DNA from: Fibrobacter succinogenes subsp. succinogenes S85
GTDB lineage: Bacteria > Fibrobacterota > Fibrobacteria > Fibrobacterales > Fibrobacteraceae
Length of the DNA stretch: 32,000 nucleotides
Assembly (NCBI RefSeq): GCF_000146505.1
Contig: NC_017448.1
Coordinates: forward strand, 1,920,001 to 1,952,000
Reading direction: 5' to 3'
Positions 1 through 6,121 of this stretch are shown in pieces. Made by a program: the position numbers and the translations under genes. Positions within the stretch are counted from its first letter, which is position 1. Every line of letters begins with the position of its first letter. Below the pieces are notes generated by a model. It was not told the origin of the DNA. It saw only the letters and a list, made by a program, of their open reading frames with translations, and did no database searches.

Positions 1-2
1 AA

Positions 3-56
3 TTCGATCTCTCCAAGAAAGCTCAGGCCGCAGCCCGCAAGATTACCATCGCCTAA
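3..56 (+). CDS. 3' end of an unidentified CDS entering from the left edge (..FDLSKKAQAAARKITIA*)
   Basis: This is the frame open from the window edge whose codon choice (gcc, aag, atc, acc) matches well-supported genes such as pgi. TAA at 54-56, and a hairpin terminator follows at 124-154. Only 17 codons are visible, so the product cannot be identified. Confidence 0.3.
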   Translation, partial: FDLSKKAQAAARKITIA

Positions 57-123
57 AAAGCGATTGGGCTAACGCCTAAAATTTCATAAAGTCCTTTTTC
101 ATACCTCCTCCTTAGAACAACAG

Positions 124-154
124 ATTCCCGGCAGCGATGTCGGGAATTTTTATT
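124..154 (+). terminator. Rho-independent terminator candidate
   Basis: Stem attcccg (124-130) pairs with cgggaat (141-147) around a 10-nt loop, followed by a T run (tttttatt). Confidence 0.6.
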
Positions 155-183
155 GCCAAATTTTCTTTTTTGTGTTATATTTG

Positions 184-206
184 AATTTGCAAATGATTCG
201 CAAATT
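184..206. promoter_or_regulatory. Candidate Zur/Fur-type operator upstream of the COG0523 GTPase gene
   Basis: 23-bp near-perfect palindrome AATTTGCAAATGATTCGCAAATT (10 of 11 arm positions pair), about 30 nt upstream of the ATG at 237. It shares the core TGnnAATnATTCnCA with the palindrome at 1394-1410. Confidence 0.5.
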
Positions 207-236
207 GTAATTTCACATTCCATATAAAGGATTCTT

Positions 237-1385
237 ATGAAAAAAAATAAGAAACCGGTAATTCTCATTACTGGGTATTTGGGTTCTGGCAAAACGACAC
301 TTTTAAACAATATTCTCAAGCAAGAGAAGCGAAAAGTCGCCCTCATCGTGAATGATATGGGCAGCATCAACGTTGATGCCGAAATTTTAAAGAAGAACGG
401 TTCAAATGTCACCGAATGTCCAATGTTTGAATTGCAAAACGGTTGCATTTGCTGCACTCTGCGCGATGAATTCATTCAGCAAATCGAGAAGATTTCCAAT
501 CTTGATTCTATCGAAGTCGTATTTGTTGAAGCCTCCGGCATCAGTGACCCCGGCGCCGTCAGCGCAAGCTTCCTCGCCTACGAAGATGAAAATCCCAACA
601 CGAACGTTTACTTAACTTCCATCGTCACGGTGGTCGATGCCGACCGTATTTACCGAGAATTTCTGAGCGACCTCAAGCTCAGAAAAGACGAAATGTTTAA
701 CGACATCGAACTTTCTCAAGAAGAAATATCAACGCTTATTGTTGACCAGATTGAATTTTGCAACTTCATCGCCTTGAACAAATGCGATTTGCTCAGCGAA
801 GACCAACTGAAAGAAGTGGAATCCATCGTACGTGATTTCCAGACTCGCGCCCCGATCATCCGCTCGGTCAACGCCGAAATTGACATTGACAAGATTATGA
901 CGAAAAAGCCGTTCAACTACGGGCAAATAGACTCCTCGTCCGCAATCCAGAAGGCCATGGAAAGCCTAAAAAACCCCAGCCGTTCAAGCAGCGGTTGCGT
1001 TGATGAATACGGAATTTCTTCATTTGTCTTTGAAGCCCGCAAACCGTTCAACAGAGAACGCTTCATGGAATTTGTAAACAACCGCTACCCCACACAGCTC
1101 ATCCGTTCCAAGGGCTACATCTGGTTCTCGGACTGCAGCCGCGACGTGCAACTTTTTGAACAGGCAGGTCGCAATTCGTCAGTAATGCCAGTTTCATATT
1201 GGATCGATGCACTCCAGGAAGACGTAAAGCAATCCTATATTGCAAGCAATCCCGAGCTCAAGGAAAACTGGGATTCCCGATTTGGCGACCGAGAAAACCA
1301 GGTCGTATTCATCGGAAGGGGCTACAACAAGGACGAGATCATGCTCGAACTTGAAAAGTGCCTGGACGAGCGGGCGATCGCCTAG
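237..1385 (+). CDS. COG0523-family (CobW/YciC/ZigA-like) GTPase, putative zinc metallochaperone
   Basis: P-loop GYLGSGKTTLLN near the N-terminus; the COG0523 hallmark CxCC motif (GCICCTL); NKCD G4 motif; CobW C-terminal-type region; sits next to zur-znuACB. Confidence 0.9.
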   Translation: MKKNKKPVILITGYLGSGKTTLLNNILKQEKRKVALIVNDMGSINVDAEILKKNGSNVTECPMFELQNGCICCTLRDEFIQQIEKISNLDSIEVVFVEASGISDPGAVSASFLAYEDENPNTNVYLTSIVTVVDADRIYREFLSDLKLRKDEMFNDIELSQEEISTLIVDQIEFCNFIALNKCDLLSEDQLKEVESIVRDFQTRAPIIRSVNAEIDIDKIMTKKPFNYGQIDSSSAIQKAMESLKNPSRSSSGCVDEYGISSFVFEARKPFNRERFMEFVNNRYPTQLIRSKGYIWFSDCSRDVQLFEQAGRNSSVMPVSYWIDALQEDVKQSYIASNPELKENWDSRFGDRENQVVFIGRGYNKDEIMLELEKCLDERAIA

Positions 1386-1393
1386 TGGCATAC

Positions 1394-1422
1394 TTGACAA
1401 TCATTCTCAAATTGACTAAATT
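1394..1422 (+). promoter_or_regulatory. Sigma70-like promoter of the zur operon overlapped by a Zur-box-like palindrome
   Basis: TTGACA (1394-1399), a 17-nt spacer, then TAAATT (1417-1422). The palindrome TTGACAATCATTCTCAA (1394-1410, 7 of 8 arm pairs) covers the -35 and spacer, and its core matches the box at 184-206. Confidence 0.5.
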
Positions 1423-1455
1423 TCAATTTGGGAATGAATTGCATTTTCAAAGGCA

Positions 1456-1866
1456 ATGGTGAAAATGGTTAAAACGGAATACAAAACACAGACTCGCCAG
1501 ATGATTCTGGACTATATGGTCAAAAATCCTGACCGTATTTTCAAGGCTTCCGAAATTGCACAAAGTCTGCCCGATGTTTCGTTGAGCACCATCTACCGCA
1601 ATTTGGCAAGGCTTGAAGAAGCAGGAATGGTGCAAATCGTTGGAGCCGAAAAGAACAACGAACTTCAATACCGCTATACAGGCCCGGGCCGCTGCGCCTC
1701 CAAGATGCACCTCGTCTGCAAAGACTGCGGAAAGTTTTTTCATCTGGAAGGTCCCGCGCTCCGCCTTTTGCAGCATTCCATTGAACGCCTGAATGGCTTC
1801 ATTCTTGACCAGCAGCAATCGGTTTTACTCGGCCATTGCGCCGTTTGCAGCAGACAAAGGAAATAA
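1456..1866 (+). CDS. zur: Fur-family transcriptional regulator, most likely Zur
   Basis: Winged-helix segment (..ASEIAQSLPDVSLSTIYRNLARLEEAGMV..). Two CxxC pairs (CKDCGKFFH and CAVC) typical of the Fur-family structural Zn site. Context between the COG0523 gene and znuA. The start could instead be the ATG at 1465. Confidence 0.8.
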   Translation: MVKMVKTEYKTQTRQMILDYMVKNPDRIFKASEIAQSLPDVSLSTIYRNLARLEEAGMVQIVGAEKNNELQYRYTGPGRCASKMHLVCKDCGKFFHLEGPALRLLQHSIERLNGFILDQQQSVLLGHCAVCSRQRK

Positions 1867-1867
1867 A

Positions 1868-2134
1868 TTGTTCCATTTATTTGACAAGTTGGTGGTAGCG
1901 ATAGCGCTCTTTTACGCAGAGCACCGCACAGAACATCATTGTCATGGCGAGCATTGCCACGTCTGCCACCACATCCACCATTGTCTGGATATCATTTCAG
2001 AATTTTGTTTTGAGCTTGTTGAAGCTCCGATAGCATCAACTTGCCGTTGCTTTCTTTTTAAGTTGGTAAAGTTCGCAGTCATCGTACTGCGCCCGACAAC
2101 GCTTGTTTCACAAAAAATATTACTGCTAAATTAA
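1868..2134 (+). CDS. Small (about 88 aa) His/Cys-rich two-hydrophobic-segment protein, paralog of 5231..5509 (TTG start proposed)
   Basis: This is the part of track ORF 1793..2134 that lies after the zur stop. TTG at 1868 is preceded by AAGGA (1857-1861). The core EHCHVCHHIHHCLDI aligns with EDCPICALIHECEDI of ORF 5231..5509 (8/15 identical, including all 3 Cys). Total length and hydrophobic N- and C-segments are similar. The nucleotide sequences have diverged, so conservation is at the protein level. Confidence 0.45.
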   Translation: MFHLFDKLVVAIALFYAEHRTEHHCHGEHCHVCHHIHHCLDIISEFCFELVEAPIASTCRCFLFKLVKFAVIVLRPTTLVSQKILLLN

Positions 2135-2204
2135 TTTTCAAAGCAGAACAACAACACAACAAGCAGTTTTCCACAAAAATTCCAACATTCCCAAAAGGAT
2201 AAAA

Positions 2205-3197
2205 ATGAAAAAAATTTATTCTCTGGCCTGCGCCATTTTCGTCGCAGCCTTGTTCGCTTTTGTCGCCTGCAACGACGCTCCCCAAAACAACACCACCAAA
2301 GAAAGCAAGCTTTCTGTGGTCACCACCATCTTCCCCGAATTTTCTTGGGCAAAGTCCATTCTCGGTGATCAAACCAATTCCGTAGATCTCGCTTTGCTAA
2401 TCAAGAACGGCATCGACCTGCACAGTTTCAAGCCGACCGCACAAGACATCGCAAAGATTGCAAGCGCCGACATGGTCATTTACGTTGGTGGTGAATCCGA
2501 CGATTGGATTGAAAAAGCTCTTGAAGCAACACCGAAAAAAGGCCGCACAGAAATCAACTTGATGAAGGTTCTTGGCGACCGCGTAAAGGTGGAAGAAGTT
2601 GTCGAAGGCATGCAAGCCGAAGAAGAACACGAGCACCATCACCACGATGAAGAAGTCGAAAACGATGAACATGTTTGGCTTTCACTGAAAAATGCCGAAA
2701 TAATCGTCAATAAAATTGCCGAAGAACTTTCCAAGCTTGATGCCGCCCACGCAACAGTCTACAAGCAAAACGCCGATGCCTACATTGCCCAAATCCAGTC
2801 CCTTGATAAAGAATATCGCGAGGCCGTCAATGGAGCCACCCGCAAGACGGTCCTCTTTGGTGACAGATTCCCATTTCGCTATCTGGTGGACGATTATGGT
2901 ATTAAGTATTATGCCGCGTTTGTTGGTTGCTCCGCTGAGAGCGAGGCAAGTTTCGAGACCATCGCATTCCTCGCAGGAAAAATGGATGCAGAATCGCTTC
3001 CGGTAATTTTCACGATCGAGAACAGCAACGATAAAATCGCCAAGGCCGTCCTCGCTGCAAGCAAAAATTCCAAGAGCGCACAAATCCTCTCCATTAATTC
3101 AATGCAATCCATCACAGAAGCACAAATCGCAGGAGGCATAGATTACCTCTCGCTGATGAAATCCAATTTGGACGTTCTGAAAAAAGCATTGAACTAA
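2205..3197 (+). CDS. znuA: Zinc ABC transporter substrate-binding lipoprotein (ZnuA-type, cluster A-I)
   Basis: Lipobox LFAFVAC; acidic His-rich loop EEEHEHHHHDEEVENDEH typical of ZnuA; DEHVW motif; followed by ATPase and permease genes. Confidence 0.85.
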   Translation: MKKIYSLACAIFVAALFAFVACNDAPQNNTTKESKLSVVTTIFPEFSWAKSILGDQTNSVDLALLIKNGIDLHSFKPTAQDIAKIASADMVIYVGGESDDWIEKALEATPKKGRTEINLMKVLGDRVKVEEVVEGMQAEEEHEHHHHDEEVENDEHVWLSLKNAEIIVNKIAEELSKLDAAHATVYKQNADAYIAQIQSLDKEYREAVNGATRKTVLFGDRFPFRYLVDDYGIKYYAAFVGCSAESEASFETIAFLAGKMDAESLPVIFTIENSNDKIAKAVLAASKNSKSAQILSINSMQSITEAQIAGGIDYLSLMKSNLDVLKKALN

Positions 3198-3223
3198 TTT
3201 CTCTCTTGCTAAGAATAAATCGC

Positions 3224-3904
3224 ATGAATAACAATTTAAATACAAATTCCATAAGTCAAACAAAAAGCCCTTTACTCAAGTGCAGCAACATCACACTTGG
3301 TTACGGGAGCAAGAACATTGTAAACAACTTCAACTATACGATTCATTCAGGCGATTATCTTAGCATTATCGGTCGGAATGGTTGCGGCAAGACAACTTTT
3401 TTGCGCGGGCTCGCAGGCGTTTTGCACCCAAGAGCCGGCAAAATTGAACTCAGCAGCGGCCTAAAGCGAAACCAGATTGGTTACCTGCCACAAATAACAG
3501 TGACGCAAAAAGATTTTCCCGCATCTGTTGAAGAAATTGTTCTCTCGGCGTTCCAAGGGAAAAACCTTTTATTACCATTCTACGGGAAAGCCCTCCGCAA
3601 GCGTGCAGACGAGTGTTTGGAATTGACGCACGCCACAAATTTGCGCAAGGAAAGCTTCCGTGAACTTTCGGGAGGCCAAAAGCAGCGCGTTCTTTTAGCA
3701 AGGGCATTATGCGCTGCCGAAAGGCTTCTGCTTTTAGACGAGCCCGTCACTGGGCTCGATCCCGAATCATCGCAAAACATGTACAACATCATCAAGGACC
3801 TTCACGAAAACAAGAACATGACCATCGTGATGGTAACGCATGATATAGACGCCGCCCGCAACAACTCCACCCGAATACTGAACTTCAACGAAATAATGCA
3901 ATAG
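3224..3904 (+). CDS. znuC: Zinc ABC transporter ATP-binding protein
   Basis: Walker A GRNGCGKTT, signature LSGGQKQR, Walker B LLLLDEP, H-loop VTHD. I prefer the ATG at 3224 to the TTG at 3206 used in the track. Confidence 0.85.
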   Translation: MNNNLNTNSISQTKSPLLKCSNITLGYGSKNIVNNFNYTIHSGDYLSIIGRNGCGKTTFLRGLAGVLHPRAGKIELSSGLKRNQIGYLPQITVTQKDFPASVEEIVLSAFQGKNLLLPFYGKALRKRADECLELTHATNLRKESFRELSGGQKQRVLLARALCAAERLLLLDEPVTGLDPESSQNMYNIIKDLHENKNMTIVMVTHDIDAARNNSTRILNFNEIMQ

Positions 3905-3915
3905 TAACCTGTTTA

Positions 3916-3936
3916 CTAACCACTAATCACTAACCA
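3916..3936. repeat. Heptanucleotide tandem array (CTAAYCA)x3 in the znuC-znuB spacer
   Basis: Read directly: ctaacca ctaatca ctaacca. Confidence 0.9.
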
Positions 3937-3943
3937 CTTTGTA

Positions 3944-4786
3944 ATGCTCGACAAACTCTTCTTCTACCTAGACTTCCCTTTTGTTCGTTATGCGATTATC
4001 GTAGGAACACTCATATCGCTGTGTTCCTCGCTTTTGGGAGTCACGCTCGTTCTAAAGCGCTATTCTTACATTGGCGACGGACTTTCACACGTTGCATTCG
4101 GAGCACTCGCAATCGCGGCAGTTCTTAAAGTCACGAACAACATGCTCATCATTTTGCCCGTGACCATCGTTGTAGCCATTTTGCTCCTCTGCGGAGGTAA
4201 AGACGCGCGAATCAAAGGCGACGCCGCCATTGCCATGGTATCGGCGGGGGCTCTAGCCATCGGCTATCTGCTAATGAACATTTTCTCGTCTTCGGCAAAT
4301 ATCGCAGGCGATGTTTGCACAACGCTTTTCGGTTCCATGTCCATTCTTACGCTCAAGCCGACAGACGTTTATCTTTGCGTAACCCTTTCTGCAATCGTCC
4401 TTGTCACATTCGTCCTCTTTTACCACAAGATTTTCGCCATCACCTTTGACGAAAATTTCGCACGAGCGACAGGCGTCAACGTCAATTTTTTCAACCTCCT
4501 TATCGCAATCATTATCGCAGCGATTATCGTCCTTGCCATGAATCTCGTCGGAGCTTTGCTCGTTTCGGCGCTCGTTGTTTTCCCCGCGCTTTCAGCCATG
4601 CGAGTTTTCAAAAGCTTTTTCACGGTAACAGTTGCTGCAGCCACAATTTCTGTAATCTGCTCACTTACAGGAATCATCGCCGCCATACTTGCCGGGACTC
4701 CTGTGGGTTCAACAATTGTCGCAGCAGACATAGTCGCATTCCTCATTTGCTTCATTGCAAGTACCCTTCGTAATAGGAGAATGTAA
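3944..4786 (+). CDS. znuB: Zinc ABC transporter permease
   Basis: Polytopic hydrophobic protein of about 280 aa, the ABC-3 family size and pattern, immediately after znuC. Confidence 0.85.
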   Translation: MLDKLFFYLDFPFVRYAIIVGTLISLCSSLLGVTLVLKRYSYIGDGLSHVAFGALAIAAVLKVTNNMLIILPVTIVVAILLLCGGKDARIKGDAAIAMVSAGALAIGYLLMNIFSSSANIAGDVCTTLFGSMSILTLKPTDVYLCVTLSAIVLVTFVLFYHKIFAITFDENFARATGVNVNFFNLLIAIIIAAIIVLAMNLVGALLVSALVVFPALSAMRVFKSFFTVTVAAATISVICSLTGIIAAILAGTPVGSTIVAADIVAFLICFIASTLRNRRM

Positions 4787-4787
4787 T

Positions 4788-5213
4788 TTGCATAAAGCAT
4801 TCACCATCATCCTCACAGCACTCGTTTTTACCGTATCTGCTTTTGCCAAAGTATCCACAAATACTCACGCCGATATTGATCTCACGCGCATGAGCAGTAC
4901 CATGGTCTATTCCATAGTTTATCAAATGGTCACCGACCCACAAAAATACACCGGCAAGACCATCAAAATGAAAGGAATATTTTCAAGCTACGTTGACGAA
5001 GAGACAAACCGTCGCTTTTTCGGTTGCGTCATCAAGGACGCTCTCGCCTGTTGCTCGCAAGGTCTCGCTTTTGAGCTTGCCAAGCCACGTAAATATCCAA
5101 GCGAATATCCATCCGAAGGAGCATCCATCACCATCATCGGAACTTTTGAATTCGAAAAAGAAGAAGACGGAATCGGATTCCCGATTATCAAGGACGCCAT
5201 ACTTTTCAGATAA
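4788..5213 (+). CDS. Secreted or lipid-anchored small protein with a CC motif, operon partner of znuACB
   Basis: A TTG at 4788 lies 1 nt after the znuB stop and 8 nt after GGAGA, giving a signal peptide (HKAFTIILTALVFTVSAFA). The segment YTGKTIKMKGIF..FFGCVIKDALACCSQG..ITIIGTFE recalls, from memory, the C-terminal domain of DUF1980/TIGR03943 proteins found in low-zinc regulons. Confidence 0.5.
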   Translation: MHKAFTIILTALVFTVSAFAKVSTNTHADIDLTRMSSTMVYSIVYQMVTDPQKYTGKTIKMKGIFSSYVDEETNRRFFGCVIKDALACCSQGLAFELAKPRKYPSEYPSEGASITIIGTFEFEKEEDGIGFPIIKDAILFR

Positions 5214-5230
5214 TTTCGTAAATCAGTCCA

Positions 5231-5509
5231 ATGATAAACCTATTGAACATGCGTAAATTCGCCATTGTGCTTATCGCGGCAAGCCTTTTGGCAATTGCCC
5301 AGCATCACCATGACGATTTTGACGGTCACGAAGACTGCCCTATTTGCGCATTGATTCACGAATGCGAAGACATTAAAGACCATACACCAGAAGTTACTGT
5401 TTTCTGGTTCATTCTTTTCCTTATAACTATACCACACCTCACACAAAAAACTTTTTCAACAATCCTTCATTACAGGCCACGCGGCCCGCCTAACATCTGT
5501 TTGGCATAA
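5231..5509 (+). CDS. Small His/Cys-rich membrane protein, paralog of 1868..2134
   Basis: N-terminal hydrophobic segment (MRKFAIVLIAASLLAIA), the cluster HHHDDFDGHEDCPICALIHECEDIKDH, and a second hydrophobic segment (VTVFWFILFLITIP). The start may be the second ATG at 5249. It is the last gene before the hairpin at 5540-5569. Confidence 0.55.
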   Translation: MINLLNMRKFAIVLIAASLLAIAQHHHDDFDGHEDCPICALIHECEDIKDHTPEVTVFWFILFLITIPHLTQKTFSTILHYRPRGPPNICLA

Positions 5510-5539
5510 CTCATCCAAAAAAAATAAAGAACACAAGTC

Positions 5540-5569
5540 CGCCTAATTACACCTCTTTAGGCGCTTTTG
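5540..5569 (+). terminator. Terminator candidate ending the zur-znu operon
   Basis: Stem cgcctaa (5540-5546) pairs with ttaggcg (5557-5563), followed by cttttg. Confidence 0.45.
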
Positions 5570-5588
5570 AAACGTTGTCTTAAAAAAA

Positions 5589-5600
5589 GCACAACTGTGC
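5589..5600. promoter_or_regulatory. Perfect 5-2-5 inverted repeat GCACA-AC-TGTGC just upstream of the lipoprotein/TonB-receptor pair
   Basis: Read directly, flanked by A runs, 17 nt upstream of the ATG at 5618. Operator function is inferred only. Confidence 0.3.
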
Positions 5601-5617
5601 AAAAAAAAGGATTTATA

Positions 5618-6121
5618 ATGAAAAAGATTCAATGCTTGGCAATAGCACTTCTCTGTTCACTCTTCGCCGCATGCAGCGACAGCAATTCCACCTCCACCGA
5701 TCAGCACGAACACTTCGAAGCCGAAGGTTGGAACCTCTACTGGCCCGACAGGAAACTCGCCTACAGCGTTTACCAGGGCAAAGAAGACACAAGTCTTGAA
5801 ACGCTCCGCGTCAATGCAAACTGCCTTAGCGAACATTTGACCGTTAAGTTCCTTGATGACGAAAAGAAAGAAGTTTCCGCACCCAAGGACGACGAGCACA
5901 CACTCGGCTGGAGCATTGGCGACGAATCTATCCTCGACATCGAAGCATGTGGCAGCTGGGGTTTCCACTTAAAGGGCGTCAAGGAAGGCGAAACAACGTT
6001 GACGCTCAAGGTCAAGCACCACGATCATGCCGACGCACGTACGCCGGAAATTCGCGTCATTGTCGACAAAGCCTTGAAGGCAGAAGATTGCCCGTTCCAG
6101 GACGATGACGATGATGACTAA
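5618..6121 (+). CDS. Lipoprotein with His-rich patches and a hexa-Asp C-terminus, partner of the TonB-dependent receptor
   Basis: ATG at 5618 preceded by AAGGA; lipobox LFAACSD; HEHFEAEGW and KHHDHAD patches; a Big_2/Ig-like looking segment (GVKEGETTLTLKV); ends in DDDDDD. Its last 17 nt overlap the receptor start. Confidence 0.7.
   Translation: MKKIQCLAIALLCSLFAACSDSNSTSTDQHEHFEAEGWNLYWPDRKLAYSVYQGKEDTSLETLRVNANCLSEHLTVKFLDDEKKEVSAPKDDEHTLGWSIGDESILDIEACGSWGFHLKGVKEGETTLTLKVKHHDHADARTPEIRVIVDKALKAEDCPFQDDDDDD

Noticed and set aside
53-475. 140-aa minus-strand ORF whose end reads ..KGLYEILGVSPIAF*, resembling the start of a DnaJ J-domain, with a strong AAGGAGGAGG Shine-Dalgarno and an ATG at 102 one frame off
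   Set aside because: Most of the ORF is antisense to the COG0523 gene. The ATG frame gives only MKKDFMKF*. The J-like frame has no start, stops after about 16 codons, and lacks the HPD region. At most it is a tiny relic of a J-domain gene start, which is not supportable as a gene or pseudogene from about 36 nt.
1877-1981. 34-aa hydrophobic minus-strand ORF (MVDVVADVAMLAMTMMFCAVLCVKERYRYHQLVK) in the zur-znuA gap
   Set aside because: It overlaps the plus-strand His/Cys-rich reading frame. That frame is favoured because it has a paralog with a conserved motif at 5231..5509, a Shine-Dalgarno-like AAGGA, and the operon's orientation.
2079-2372. 97-aa minus-strand ORF spanning the znuA start region
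   Set aside because: It overlaps the znuA promoter, RBS and signal-peptide region antisense. It has no motifs, and znuA is well supported.
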